DNA from: an uncultured bacterium
GTDB lineage: Bacteria; Verrucomicrobiota; Verrucomicrobiia; Verrucomicrobiales; DEV007
Reading direction: 5' to 3'
Length of the DNA: 64,000 nt
Assembly (NCBI GenBank): GCA_963977015.1
Contig: CAXBMO010000004.1
Coordinates: forward strand, 1-64,000
Position 1 is the first letter of the stretch; the number at the start of each line of letters is the position of its first letter. Made by a program: the position numbers and the translations under genes. Shown one piece after another: positions 37,250 through 48,290 of this stretch. The notes below the pieces were generated by a model. The model was given only the letters and a program-made list of their open reading frames with translations. It made no database searches and was not told the DNA's origin.

Positions 37250-38779
37250 TCAGTTCGCTTTCTTCTTCGCGGGAGACTTCGGACTCGGAATCTCGGGCAA
37301 TTCGTCATCCGGCTGATCCCAAAGGCGAAAGGGATCGTCGAGCCGACGCATTTCGGACAACAGAAGGAGTTCCATCTCGGCGCGTTGATCGGCGTATTCC
37401 GGATCGTAGGCGAGGTTGGTGAGTTCAGGATCGTTCTTTCCGTGCTCCGCGATGAATTCGTGGGGGTTCTTCGCGAGATTGAAGAGCTGGGTCTCCCGAA
37501 CCGCGCCGTTCATCACATCATACTTGATCAGCTTCCAGTCGCCTTTCTTGACGCATCGCATCCCGGGCCTGGTCCCGCCGCAGTAAACTCCGTAGAGTTC
37601 CTCCCTCTCCGTTTGCTGGCGTCCTTCCAGCACCGACCGAAAGCTGGTTCCCTCCACGGTCTCGGGTTTCGCGATTCCGGCCACATCACAAAGCGTCGGA
37701 AGAACGTCGAGCAGGTAAATATTGCCGGGAGCACGACTGCCCGCCTCAATCCCCGGTCCTTTTGCGATGAACGGGACGCGCCAGGTGTGCTCGTAGAGGT
37801 TTTGCTTGCCCTGAAGCCCGTGGCGACCAATCGCCATTCCGTGATCGGAGGTGTAGAAAATGTAGGTGTTGTCGAGCTCACCCATCTTTTCGAGCTGCTG
37901 CAAAACTCGAGCGATCTGCTGATCGATGTACTCGCTGCAGGCAAATTCACGCCCCAGCTCATTGCGAATCGTGTTCTCGTCGCGACGTTCCCAGACTCCG
38001 CTCACAGCGACTTCATCACGCAAGCCGGGATGACCGTGGTGAAACGGATGCCCGGGCAAATAGTTGACCGGCAGGGGCGGTTGATTGAGATTCAGGGCCG
38101 GAACCGAGCTTTTGTCCTTGTGATTTACCGCGCCGTATTTGGCCAGCAGCGCCGGAGTGCCGTCGCGAACATCGTGAGGATGGGAAAAGCCGAAGTAAAT
38201 GAGAAACGGATCCTCGTCCCCGGTCTCCTCGCGCCCTTCCAGATACTCCATCACCCGGTCACCGTGCCACGCGCTTCCCGTCTCCGGGGTCCCTCCCCTC
38301 TTCGTCGCGTCGTGCCGAACCGTGAACTGCTTGTTGGCGCCTTCGTAGCTGTTCCCCTTTTTACAGGTCCGCATCGTGTCGTATCCGGCCCGGTTGAAAA
38401 CCGCCGCCATGGTCTGCTCCTCCAACTTGGGCGGAACGAGATCGGCCTTTCCTCCATTCGGATTGAACGCCTGCCCTCTGCGATCCGGCACGTGCCAAAC
38501 GGTCCTCCCGCTCATCACCATGTGGCGGGACGGCGTGCAGACGGCTCCGACCCAAGCGCCCATGTGATGCGCCGCATCCAGCGTGATCCCCTCCTTCGCG
38601 AGTCGATCGATGGTTGGTGTATGGAGCGTTGACTTTGGGTCGTAGACCTTCAGGTCAAACGGCGATTGATCATCGACGATGATGAACAGGATATTTGGGC
38701 GATCGCCTTTGGCTGCGATCGAAAGACCAGGGATCGCAAGGGCCAAGAACAGGACCACGGAAATCGAAAGGGTTTTCAC
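37250..38779 (-). CDS. Sulfatase (S1, Cys-type), secreted
   Basis: RPNILFIIVDDQ, CTPSR, PHD, TSDHG, GKQNLYE, QLFNL..P.E. GTG start at 38779 gives a signal peptide. Confidence 0.92.
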   Translation of the reverse strand: MKTLSISVVLFLALAIPGLSIAAKGDRPNILFIIVDDQSPFDLKVYDPKSTLHTPTIDRLAKEGITLDAAHHMGAWVGAVCTPSRHMVMSGRTVWHVPDRRGQAFNPNGGKADLVPPKLEEQTMAAVFNRAGYDTMRTCKKGNSYEGANKQFTVRHDATKRGGTPETGSAWHGDRVMEYLEGREETGDEDPFLIYFGFSHPHDVRDGTPALLAKYGAVNHKDKSSVPALNLNQPPLPVNYLPGHPFHHGHPGLRDEVAVSGVWERRDENTIRNELGREFACSEYIDQQIARVLQQLEKMGELDNTYIFYTSDHGMAIGRHGLQGKQNLYEHTWRVPFIAKGPGIEAGSRAPGNIYLLDVLPTLCDVAGIAKPETVEGTSFRSVLEGRQQTEREELYGVYCGGTRPGMRCVKKGDWKLIKYDVMNGAVRETQLFNLAKNPHEFIAEHGKNDPELTNLAYDPEYADQRAEMELLLLSEMRRLDDPFRLWDQPDDELPEIPSPKSPAKKKAN

Positions 38780-38871
38780 AGATGAGCGGGGATTAAGGGA
38801 ACGAAACGGGGTTTCTCGAAACCATCGCAAGAAGAAGCACACGATCAAGCCTTTGCTGAATCGAAGCAACT

Positions 38872-40281
38872 TCACGCCAGAATATCCCTGACAACGTGGC
38901 CATGGACATCCGTCAGCCGGTAGTGACGCCCTTGAAAACGGAACGTCAGCTTCTCGTGATCGATTCCTAACAAATGGAGAATCGTGGCGTGAAGATCGTG
39001 AACCGAAACGGGGTTCTCGACGATATTGTAGCCGTAGTCATCGGTCTTCCCGTAGCTCATACCGCCTTTCACCCCACCACCAGCCATCCACATCGTGAAA
39101 CAGCGCGGATGATGATCGCGACCATAACTCGCGGGGCTCAACCCGCCCTGACAATAAACCGTGCGGCCAAATTCGCCGCCCCAAACGACGAGTGTATCGT
39201 CGAGCAGACCTCGCTCTTTCAAGTCAACCACCAAAGCCGCATTCGCCTGATCCGTCTCTTTACAGCGCTGTCGCACCTGTTTGGGTAGACCACCGTGGGT
39301 ATCCCAGCCGCGATGAAAGAGTTGCACGAAGCGAACCCCACGCTCGGAGAGCCGACGCGCCAACAAGGCATTGTAGGCATAGGTTCCCGGCTTTCGCGCA
39401 TCCTCTCCATAGAGCTTGAAGGTGCTCTCGGGTTCATTCGAAACATCGGCCAACTCGGGGACCGACGTCTGCATCCGGAACGCCATCTCATACTGGGCGA
39501 TGCGCGTTTGGATTTCCGGATCCCCCATCACTTCGTGGCGTAACCGATTCATCTCACCCAAATGATCGAGCGTCTTGCGACGCAGCTGAGTCGACATTCC
39601 CTCGGGATTGTTCAAATAGAGAACCGGATCGCGCCCGGAACGAAAGCGAACGCCCTGATGATGAGAAGGCAAAAATCCAGCACCCCAAAGTCGATCATAG
39701 AGTGCCTGCCCTCCACGGTTCGAGGTCATGGCGACAAAGCTCGGGAGATTCTCGTTCTCGCTTCCCAACCCATAGCTCAACCACGCTCCAATGCTGGGAC
39801 GGCCCGCAATCTGAAAGCCGGTCTGCAAAAACGTGATCGCAGGATCATGGTTAATCGCATCGGTATGCATCGACTTCACGAAGCAGAGTTCATCCGCCAC
39901 TTTCTGCAGATGGGGAAACACCTCCGCATTCATCCATTGCCCACTCTCGCCGTATTGCTTGAAGGGAAAGATGGAACGCGCGACAGGAAACTCGGTCTGT
40001 CCCGCCGTCATGCCGGTGAGGCGTTGCCCACCAAAGACCGAGTCCGGCACTTCCTGACCGTGAACCTTGTCGAGATGCGGCTTGTAGTCGAACATGTCCA
40101 TGTGCGGCGGTCCGCCGGACTGGAAAAGATAAATCGCGCGCTTCGCTTTGGGTTGGTGATTCGGCGAGGACGAACCATCCGCACCATGCAACATCGAAGC
40201 AGCAGCAAGGGAACCGAAGGCCCCACTGCTGGTTCGCAGAAAGTGGCGGCGATTTAAGACGTTGGGTAGGGTTGAGTTCAT
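38872..40281 (-). CDS. DUF1501 family protein (Tat substrate)
   Basis: NRRHFL, KAKRAIYLFQSGGP, RPSIGAWLSYGLG, ERGVRFVQL, WDTH, GEFGRT, GRDHHP, RLTDVHG. Confidence 0.92.
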   Translation of the reverse strand: MNSTLPNVLNRRHFLRTSSGAFGSLAAASMLHGADGSSSPNHQPKAKRAIYLFQSGGPPHMDMFDYKPHLDKVHGQEVPDSVFGGQRLTGMTAGQTEFPVARSIFPFKQYGESGQWMNAEVFPHLQKVADELCFVKSMHTDAINHDPAITFLQTGFQIAGRPSIGAWLSYGLGSENENLPSFVAMTSNRGGQALYDRLWGAGFLPSHHQGVRFRSGRDPVLYLNNPEGMSTQLRRKTLDHLGEMNRLRHEVMGDPEIQTRIAQYEMAFRMQTSVPELADVSNEPESTFKLYGEDARKPGTYAYNALLARRLSERGVRFVQLFHRGWDTHGGLPKQVRQRCKETDQANAALVVDLKERGLLDDTLVVWGGEFGRTVYCQGGLSPASYGRDHHPRCFTMWMAGGGVKGGMSYGKTDDYGYNIVENPVSVHDLHATILHLLGIDHEKLTFRFQGRHYRLTDVHGHVVRDILA

Positions 40282-40286
40282 TTCGT

Positions 40287-40868
40287 CTAGTAAGCAAAGA
40301 TATCATCATTCCTCCGGCCGTTACCGGCGCCGAGGACACCATTTGGTCCAAAACTCCAAACACCAACGGAGCCAAACAATTCTTCGAATTCATCTGTTTG
40401 AGCTCTATCCGGAACCTTGATGACATTGTCGTAATTGCCATCAAGCATCACATAATATGGACGCCCCCATGGATCATTGAGTCTCAGGCTTCCATCGTCC
40501 TTTCGCCAGATCCCAGCCGAATGAGCGCCTCGTGCCTTTCTGTCAGAAAAAAATAGAATGCTTCTTCGGCTATGGTTGGGGGTAAGTATCTGAGACTCTG
40601 TTGGAATAAGCTCCCTCATTAGCCTGCTCGAATGAGTGTCTACTACCAGATCCTTGCCCTCAACCAATGGTAGTCGCTTGTATTCAGCGTAATAGTTCTC
40701 GATCGCGCTCCGAAGCTCCGCCCCAGTTTCCCGTGCTTGAGCTTCACGAATATGACTCCGGGGCGTTGTACTCGACGGAAACACAATTGAGCCAAGGAAA
40801 AAAACAAGTAGGGCAATTCCGATCATGCCAAACATCAACTTGATCCTTTTCTCGCTGCTCGCACTCAT
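40287..40868 (-). CDS. GspG/pseudopilin-like protein without a prepilin cleavage motif
   Basis: Single N-terminal TM; AIENYYAEYKRLP, DPWGRPY, WSFGPNG..DDI. Confidence 0.6.
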   Translation of the reverse strand: MSASSEKRIKLMFGMIGIALLVFFLGSIVFPSSTTPRSHIREAQARETGAELRSAIENYYAEYKRLPLVEGKDLVVDTHSSRLMRELIPTESQILTPNHSRRSILFFSDRKARGAHSAGIWRKDDGSLRLNDPWGRPYYVMLDGNYDNVIKVPDRAQTDEFEELFGSVGVWSFGPNGVLGAGNGRRNDDIFAY

Positions 40869-43800
40869 TCCTTCGTAATCACCTCATCAAGGTTCAAGAG
40901 CACGTTCGCAAACGCAGTGTGCGCGGCAAGTTCAACGGCATCGACATCTTTGGGAACAGGAGTCGTTCCAATCGCAATGAGCTTGGTGGCAGCTTCCGGA
41001 GAAGCTTGAAATTCTTTGCGATATTCATCGAGAGCACTCTGCAGAACCTTCAGTTCACGGTCTGTCGGAACGCGAGCGGCAACGGTCTTAAAACCATCCA
41101 ATACCGGAGACTCGCTCTCCAGCAACTGCGTCGCGAGATGCCGGGCGGATTCGACGAACGCGGTTTCGTTTAAGAGGGTTAGGGCCTGGAGCGGTGTGTT
41201 GGTTCGCTTCGCCCCAACCCAACACGCTTCGCGATCTGCCGCATCAAGAATCGCCATGCTTGGCGGCGCGACGGTGCGCTTCCAAATCGTGTAGAGGCTG
41301 CGTCGAAACAGGTCATCACCTTTCGATTGCTTGTACTTCATGCCCATGCTCATCTCCGCCCAAAGATTCGCGGGCTGATAGGGACTAACAGATGGACCTC
41401 CGACTCTCTCGACGAGCAATCCACCAGCAAACAGCGCCTGATCACGAATCGCGTGAGCCGGGAGGCGCATCCGGGTATTGCGCGCGAGGAGACGATTCTC
41501 CGGATCACGCTCCAACAACTCCGGCGTGATGACCGAGCTTTGACGGTAGGTCGCGCTCATCACAATCTGCTTCTGCATCGCCTTCACATTCCAACCGGAC
41601 TCGGTCAACTCCACAGCAAGCCAATCCAACAATTCCGGATGGGACGGAAGCTCGCCCTGCATCCCAAAATCTTCCGACGTTTTGACGAGACCGGTTCCGA
41701 AATACCGCTGCCACCAACGATTCACGGTGACACGAGGCGTTAGCGGGTTCTTGCCATCGACGAGCCACTTCGCGAATCCAAGTCGGTTCCGTGGATAGGA
41801 ACTCGGCATTTGAGGAAGTTCAGCCGGCACATTGCGCTGAACCAATTCACCCATTTGATCATAGACCCCGCGAACACGCACATAGGTTGATTTTGGCTTG
41901 GGAAGCTCCTGCATCACCATGGTGGTGGGCAGGGTATCGAAGTAGTTCTGCCGATCGACCCTTGCCTTCATCCAAGCATCATAGACGTCCTTCATCTTGT
42001 GCTCGCGAAAGTAAACGGAGATCACATCGTGTTTCTCAGGAAGCAGGGAAGCCAGCTTCGCTTCCTCCGGCCACAACGTGCGATCGTAATACCGAAACTC
42101 ATCAATCGCGCCGCGAAAGTTGGGTCCATGGATTCCGCCACCGAGTCGAAACGCGTCATTCTCCCCCACCCCGCCGACGTTGCTGTTGGTATTGTAAATC
42201 ACCTCCACCTCAGCCAGTTCACCATTCAGGTAAATTTTCTGACCGTTCGCACTTTGGCTCCCGTCGTTTGTCAGCGTGACGTGAACCCATTCGCCTGCCT
42301 GGAGCTTTGCTTCGGTTTCCACGACGCCGGCACCCGCGACCCAACGTGAGATCAGGAGAAACCGCAGCTTTCCGTCCTCGATTTCAAGTGCGACGCCCGG
42401 CCGGGTCGTTCCCCCTTTTTGCCGTGAGAGAATCACGCCCTCCTTGACCTCGTCCGGACGGAGCCAAAACCCGATCGAGAAACGATCGTTGGCCCGAAAC
42501 CGTCCGAACTTTCCAATCTGGAGAACGCTCTCGCCATCAAAGATGGCAGCCTTCCCCTGCAAGCCCGGCTCAAATTTCGCCTTCCCTTCCAACATCTTCA
42601 TTCCCTCGGTTGCGTCCTCCAACGGCAGATAATGAAGCAAGCCATAACTCGCGATCGGCTGATCCAAGACCGCGTTCCCGGCCGAAATCCGCTTTTGCCA
42701 TTCCCGGAACCCCGATTTCGCGATCCCGCTCTCGAACCCGGCTTCCAAAGTCGCGATTCGCGCATCCATCGCCTCCAACTTCGCAACCTGGTCCGGCAAC
42801 GGAGCCGTTACATAGGGCTCGGAGTTCCCATACTTAATCGCGCGGCCCGCTTCGGGCGTTGAATTGAAGAACGCGATGAGCTGGTAATAGTCCTTCTGAC
42901 TGATCGGGTCATACTTGTGGTCGTGACACCGCGCGCAGCCCATCGTCAGTCCGAGAAAAATGGTCGATGCGGTATCGACCCGATCGACCGCGTTTTCGAG
43001 CAAAAATTCCTCAACCACCGATCCCGCTTCCGAATTGTAGCGATGGTTCCGGTTGAACCCCGTCGCAATACTCTGTTCAAGAGTCGCGTTTGGCAATAAA
43101 TCGCCCGCCAACTGCTCGATCGCGAATTGATCGAACGGCAGGTTGTCGTTGTAGGCCTTGATCACCCAATCGCGCCAGCGCCACATCGAGCGCGGCCCAT
43201 CGAACTGATATCCGTCAGTGTCGGCAAAGCGGGACGCATCGAGCCACGGCAACGTCATCGTCTCACCATAACGCGGCGATGCCAGCAAGCGATCGACCAC
43301 CTTTTCATACGCGTTCGGCGATTCGTCCGCCAAATAGGCATCGACCTCTTCCGGCGTTGGCGGAACGCCCGTCAAATCCAGCGTCACCCGGCGAATCTGC
43401 GTCGTTTTCGGTGCTTCCGGGGACGGCTCCAGCCCTTCAGATTCCAGCTTGGCCTGAACAAACGCATCGATTCCGTTGCGAGCCCAGCCCGACTGATTCG
43501 TGGCCGGCAGCTCCGACCGCTGGGGCGGGATGAACGCCCAGTGCTGTTCCCACTCCGCGCCTTCTTCGACCCAACGCTTCAGCAATTGCTTCTCCTTCTC
43601 GCTAAGCGGACGCTTCAACTTCGCCGGCGGCATCTGCTCGATCGGGTCCTCGTGAAAAATCCGATAGATCGCCTCACTATTCGCCACATCGCCGGGCACA
43701 AACGCGATCACGCCATCATGGTTCGCCTTCGCCGCGTCCTCCTTGTCGAGCCGCAACCCAGCCTCTCGCGTTGCCGAATCCGGCCCATGACAGTGAAAGC

Positions 43801-43915
43801 ACTTGTCCGAGAGAATCGGGCGGATATCGCGATTGAATTGGATCTCCTGGGGCTCGGCGGCAACACTCAGGCTGATCGAAGCCAGGAGCAGGGGGATTTG
43901 GGGAACACGAAACAT
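40865..43915 (-). CDS. Planctomycete cytochrome c + DUF1549 + LamG + DUF1553 (PSD1) protein
   Basis: FNRDIRPILSDKCFHCHGPD, CARCHDHKYDP, LamG insert, PSHPELLDWLA, TNTPLQALTLLN. Start taken at ATG 43915. Confidence 0.92.
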   Translation of the reverse strand: MFRVPQIPLLLASISLSVAAEPQEIQFNRDIRPILSDKCFHCHGPDSATREAGLRLDKEDAAKANHDGVIAFVPGDVANSEAIYRIFHEDPIEQMPPAKLKRPLSEKEKQLLKRWVEEGAEWEQHWAFIPPQRSELPATNQSGWARNGIDAFVQAKLESEGLEPSPEAPKTTQIRRVTLDLTGVPPTPEEVDAYLADESPNAYEKVVDRLLASPRYGETMTLPWLDASRFADTDGYQFDGPRSMWRWRDWVIKAYNDNLPFDQFAIEQLAGDLLPNATLEQSIATGFNRNHRYNSEAGSVVEEFLLENAVDRVDTASTIFLGLTMGCARCHDHKYDPISQKDYYQLIAFFNSTPEAGRAIKYGNSEPYVTAPLPDQVAKLEAMDARIATLEAGFESGIAKSGFREWQKRISAGNAVLDQPIASYGLLHYLPLEDATEGMKMLEGKAKFEPGLQGKAAIFDGESVLQIGKFGRFRANDRFSIGFWLRPDEVKEGVILSRQKGGTTRPGVALEIEDGKLRFLLISRWVAGAGVVETEAKLQAGEWVHVTLTNDGSQSANGQKIYLNGELAEVEVIYNTNSNVGGVGENDAFRLGGGIHGPNFRGAIDEFRYYDRTLWPEEAKLASLLPEKHDVISVYFREHKMKDVYDAWMKARVDRQNYFDTLPTTMVMQELPKPKSTYVRVRGVYDQMGELVQRNVPAELPQMPSSYPRNRLGFAKWLVDGKNPLTPRVTVNRWWQRYFGTGLVKTSEDFGMQGELPSHPELLDWLAVELTESGWNVKAMQKQIVMSATYRQSSVITPELLERDPENRLLARNTRMRLPAHAIRDQALFAGGLLVERVGGPSVSPYQPANLWAEMSMGMKYKQSKGDDLFRRSLYTIWKRTVAPPSMAILDAADREACWVGAKRTNTPLQALTLLNETAFVESARHLATQLLESESPVLDGFKTVAARVPTDRELKVLQSALDEYRKEFQASPEAATKLIAIGTTPVPKDVDAVELAAHTAFANVLLNLDEVITKE

Positions 43916-44069
43916 CAGAATCGACAAAATAAGCCGGATTGCAGTGGGGTTGGATAGAACACTGTCAGAAATGGCGATCTCCTTCCAGAAAACTTGGTCG
44001 ACAAAAATTCGGCCCAACCCTCATTTCCTGAACTTCGTGAACAAAACCCAAGCTGAGCGTCGTGAGTAG

Positions 44070-45644
44070 ATGGTGATGCAGAATCCCCTTTCATTTCTCC
44101 TGACGGCTTGGCTCCTGGTTGGCCTTGTGTCTCCGCTCCTTGCGCTTGAGCCCGCCTCCCATTTCAGCGATCACATGGTGCTGCAACGCGGAATGAAGGT
44201 TCCTGTTTGGGGAACGGCAGCCGCGGGAAGTGAAGTGACGGTCACGTTCGCTGGTAAGTCGGCAATGGGAACCGCGGACGCGGACGGAACGTGGCGCGTC
44301 GCGTTGCCGGCTTTGGAGGCATCCGCTGAAGGTCGCCCCATGACGATCGCGGGCGGCGGCAAAGAGGTGACGATCGCTGATGTGCTGGTTGGCGATGTCT
44401 GGCTCGGCTCCGGTCAGTCCAACATGGCGGGAAGAGTCTCGAGTTACGCGAAGAATGATGAGACCCTGGCGAAGTTGGTGGAGCAGGCGCCCTACCCTTC
44501 CATCCGTCTCATGAACGGCGGGCCGAAACCGATCTGGAAGTTGGCGGCACCCGAGAATGTGAAGGCGTTTTCCGCGATCCTTTTTGCCTTTGGCGAGCGC
44601 CTCCACCGCGATCTCGACGTGCCGATCGGGATGATTGTCGGTGCGGTTGGCGGGACGCCTTCCGGTTACTGGATTCCGGCTGAGATTTATGAGTCGAGCG
44701 AGAAAGCCAAGGCGGAGGTTGCCGGGTTCGCCAAGACCTGGGACGCCGACAAAGCGATGAAACAGCATGAGGCTCGGGTCGCGATTTGGGAGGAGCAGGC
44801 CGCAAAGGCAACCGCAGCCGGCGAGAAACCTCGCGGTCGGAAACCGACTCCTCCAGTCGATCCCGGAGCGTCGATTCGAGGAGGACAGATTGGCGGGTTG
44901 TTCGACAAATTCATCCGCTCATCCATCGGCTACGGAATCAAGGGCGTGCTCTGGGATCAGGGCGAAGCGGGGTCCGGAATCCTCGGGCTCGATCAACATA
45001 CGAGCATGTCTGAATTGATTCGCGGCTGGCGTGAGCTTTGGGGGCAGGGCGACTTTCCCTTTCTCTTCGTGCAGAAGCCGAGCGGCCTTGGCAACGCGTT
45101 TTCCAACGAGGATCCGATCACGCGCGAGGCCAACGCCTTCAAATCTCAGCCTCCCAGCCCTCCCAATGGAAACGGCGCGGGTCGCTATCTCTACACTCGC
45201 CTCATGCTCGACAACGAAAACGCCTGGATGGTTCCCGCGATCGATCTGGGCCCGTCCATTCATCCGATCAACAAATGGGGCTACGGAAATCGCGCCGCCG
45301 AAGTCGCGATGCAGATGGTTTACAAGCTGGACGGAGTTCAGGCTTACGGCCCGATCTATGAGTCGCACAGCATCGAAGGCAGCACCGTCACGGTCCAATT
45401 CACCCAGGCCGGACAAGGTCTGACCACGCGACACAGCGACACGTTGCAAGGGTTCACCGTGGCAGGAAGCAATGGGGTCTGGCATTGGGCGACCGCAACC
45501 ATCACCGGCCCCAACACCGTCTCCCTGACGAGCGAAGCGGTTCCCGCACCGACTCAGGTTCGCTTCGCCTATTCGCAGGACCGCACCTGGGCCAACCTCT
45601 TCAACAAGGAAGGTTTGCCCGCGCTGGCGTTCACGACCGAATGA
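44070..45644 (+). CDS. Sialate O-acetylesterase (SASA/DUF303) family, secreted
   Basis: FSDHMVLQR, VGDVWLGSGQSNM, LWDQGE, IHP.NK, NLFNKEGLPA. Confidence 0.88.
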   Translation: MVMQNPLSFLLTAWLLVGLVSPLLALEPASHFSDHMVLQRGMKVPVWGTAAAGSEVTVTFAGKSAMGTADADGTWRVALPALEASAEGRPMTIAGGGKEVTIADVLVGDVWLGSGQSNMAGRVSSYAKNDETLAKLVEQAPYPSIRLMNGGPKPIWKLAAPENVKAFSAILFAFGERLHRDLDVPIGMIVGAVGGTPSGYWIPAEIYESSEKAKAEVAGFAKTWDADKAMKQHEARVAIWEEQAAKATAAGEKPRGRKPTPPVDPGASIRGGQIGGLFDKFIRSSIGYGIKGVLWDQGEAGSGILGLDQHTSMSELIRGWRELWGQGDFPFLFVQKPSGLGNAFSNEDPITREANAFKSQPPSPPNGNGAGRYLYTRLMLDNENAWMVPAIDLGPSIHPINKWGYGNRAAEVAMQMVYKLDGVQAYGPIYESHSIEGSTVTVQFTQAGQGLTTRHSDTLQGFTVAGSNGVWHWATATITGPNTVSLTSEAVPAPTQVRFAYSQDRTWANLFNKEGLPALAFTTE

Positions 45645-45694
45645 CGGATTGAAATACCGTGAGCGGGTTCAGCGTGATACAGGAATAGCCTGTC

Positions 45695-48238
45695 ATGCCC
45701 CGCTCCGTTTCCACCCTCCAATGTTCAGCCATCGTTATCGCGGTGGTGATGTCGGGGACCTATCGCGGGTCTGCAGATTCGGCTGATATCGACTTTTTTG
45801 AGCGAAAGATTCGCCCGGTTCTTGTCGAGCAGTGTTACGATTGTCACTCGATTGGCGCAGAAACGATCAAAGCGGACTTTCTCCTCGATACGCGTGATGG
45901 AATTCGCAAAGGCGGTGTCAGCGGTCGCGATGCGGTGATTCCGGGCGACGTCGCAGGAAGTCAGTTGATTGAAGCGATTCGCTACCAGAATGAGGAGCTC
46001 CAGATGCCGCCGAACCATGCCTTGCCGGAATCGGTGGTCGCGGACTTCGAGGCATGGATTGCGATGGGTGCTCCCGATCCGCGAGATGGCGTTTCGAAAT
46101 TGCCGCGCGAGATCGCTGCCGAACATCATTGGGCCTGGAAACGGCCGGTGCGACATGATCGCCCTGACGTTGCCAACAAAGACTGGCCGCGAGACACCGT
46201 CGACCACTTCGTCCTCGCCAAACTTGAGGCGAATGCGATGGCGCCCAACCCGGACGCGGATCGCCGAACCCTGATTCGCCGCGCGACGCTGGAGCTGACC
46301 GGATTGCCGCCCCGCCCGGAAAACATCGCCGCATTCCTGGCGGACTCGCGACCGGATGCGGATGCGTTCGCCGAAGTCGTGGATCGGCTCCTCGCTTCAC
46401 CGGAATTTGGCGTCCGCTGGGCGCGCCATTGGCTCGACGTCGCGCGCTTTGGCGAGTCGAGCGGCTATTCGCGCAACATGCTCTATCCCTACGCCTGGCG
46501 CTATCGCAACTACGTCATCGACAGCTTCAATGCCGACAAACCGTTCGATCGCTTCATCCAGGAACAGATCGCGGGCGACCTTCTGCCGGACGCGACCGAC
46601 GAAACGCGCATCGGGACCGGCTTCCTCACCATCGGCGCCAAGACCTTCAATGAGGGCAACGAACTCCTCTTTCATCTTAACAGCGCCGATGACCAGATCG
46701 ACGTGACCTGTCGCGCCTTCCTTGCCCTCACCGCGAATTGTTCGCGCTGCCACGATCATAAATACGATCCCATTCCGACAAAGGACTATTACGCGATGGC
46801 GGGGATCTTTCTCTCGAGCCGCAATCTCGCCGGATCCGAAACCAATGTTCGCAACGAGCATTCTGAAGCCTTTCCTCTCGGCGAAAACGGCTGGAAGCAA
46901 TTGGACGACATCGCTGCCGCAAAAAAGAAAGCCGACAAAGAGCAAGCCTACTATATGGAGCTGGTGAAGATTCGGAATGATCTGCGCAAACCGCTCGTAG
47001 ATCAGGGAATCGACTGGAAGAAAGCTCCGACGCCCGAATTGGCGGATGCTGAAGCCAAGGTTCAGGCGCAACAGGCCGTGGTGAAGGAAACGAAAGCGGC
47101 GATTCCCGATCCACCCGATTTTGCCATGGCCGTGGTCGAAGGACTGACCGAAGCGGAAGCTGAAGGGTTCGCCAAGAAACTGGAAGAAGAAAAAGCGCTG
47201 ATCGCGGAATTGAAGAAAGCCAAAAAACCGGCGATCAACCCGACACCCAAACGGCCCACCATCCAGGATTCACCCGTCTATGACAAAGGGCTCTTCAACT
47301 CCCCGCTCGACCCGGTTACGCGCTCCGGACTCAGCCTGTTTGACTACGAAACTCCACCGATTGGTAAAACCGAAAGCGGCCGCAGGCAACTGGCCGACTG
47401 GGTTGTCGATTCCCGCAATCCGCTGACCGCCCGCGTTTTCGTCAATCGCGTTTGGCATCATCTCTTTGGCCGTGGCCTGGTCGAGACGGTGGACAATTTT
47501 GGCTTGCTCGGCAGCGCTCCCAGCCACCCGGAGTTGCTCGATGAGCTCGCGCTCGACTTCATGGAAAGCGGTTGGTCGGTTAAAGCGTTGATTCGTCGCC
47601 TCGTTTTGACTCGCACCTTCGCGCAAAGCTCAACCTACCATTCGCAATATGCCGCGACTGATCCTGACAACACCATGCTCTGGCGATTTGCCCCTCAACT
47701 TCTGGAAGGCGAAGTCATTCGCGACAGCATCCTTGCGGTCAGTGATCATCTCGATCGCGCTCGTCCCGACGGCTCCCAGGTTCTCGAGATCAGCAAGCAA
47801 CAGGTTCTCGGTCGCCAGCGCGAGATTGGACGGCGCGACTACTACCAGAAAGACGTGGATTGGAACATTCCACATCGCAGCATTTATCTACCGATGGCGC
47901 GCGGCGTTCTCCCTGACATGCTGGCCACGTTCGACGCTCCCGATCCCAACCTGGTCGTCGGCGCCCGCAAACTGACCATCGTGCCGACTCAGGCCCTTTA
48001 CCTCATGAACAGCGAGATGGTGTTGGAGCAATCAACCCTCACCGCCAAGCGCGTCATCGCGCATTCCCAAGACCGCCGAATCGACTTCGCCTACGAGCTG
48101 ATTCTTGGTCGGTCGCCACTCGAATCCGAACGCCAAACTGCAGCGACCTTCCTGCAATCCAACGGTCACTCTGAGCAAACCTGGACGCGGCTCTGCCAGG
48201 CGTTGATGTGCTCGGGCGAGTTTCGAACAGTTTACTGA
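45695..48238 (+). CDS. Planctomycete cytochrome c + DUF1549/DUF1553 (PSD1) protein
   Basis: FFERKIRPVLVEQCYDCHS, CSRCHDHKYDP, NPLTARVFVNRVW, PSHPELLD, PTQALYLMN. Confidence 0.92.
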   Translation: MPRSVSTLQCSAIVIAVVMSGTYRGSADSADIDFFERKIRPVLVEQCYDCHSIGAETIKADFLLDTRDGIRKGGVSGRDAVIPGDVAGSQLIEAIRYQNEELQMPPNHALPESVVADFEAWIAMGAPDPRDGVSKLPREIAAEHHWAWKRPVRHDRPDVANKDWPRDTVDHFVLAKLEANAMAPNPDADRRTLIRRATLELTGLPPRPENIAAFLADSRPDADAFAEVVDRLLASPEFGVRWARHWLDVARFGESSGYSRNMLYPYAWRYRNYVIDSFNADKPFDRFIQEQIAGDLLPDATDETRIGTGFLTIGAKTFNEGNELLFHLNSADDQIDVTCRAFLALTANCSRCHDHKYDPIPTKDYYAMAGIFLSSRNLAGSETNVRNEHSEAFPLGENGWKQLDDIAAAKKKADKEQAYYMELVKIRNDLRKPLVDQGIDWKKAPTPELADAEAKVQAQQAVVKETKAAIPDPPDFAMAVVEGLTEAEAEGFAKKLEEEKALIAELKKAKKPAINPTPKRPTIQDSPVYDKGLFNSPLDPVTRSGLSLFDYETPPIGKTESGRRQLADWVVDSRNPLTARVFVNRVWHHLFGRGLVETVDNFGLLGSAPSHPELLDELALDFMESGWSVKALIRRLVLTRTFAQSSTYHSQYAATDPDNTMLWRFAPQLLEGEVIRDSILAVSDHLDRARPDGSQVLEISKQQVLGRQREIGRRDYYQKDVDWNIPHRSIYLPMARGVLPDMLATFDAPDPNLVVGARKLTIVPTQALYLMNSEMVLEQSTLTAKRVIAHSQDRRIDFAYELILGRSPLESERQTAATFLQSNGHSEQTWTRLCQALMCSGEFRTVY

Positions 48239-48290
48239 AGCCGGGTTTGTCGAAATTTCTCGCCGTCCGTCCCCGTGTAACAACTCAGGA

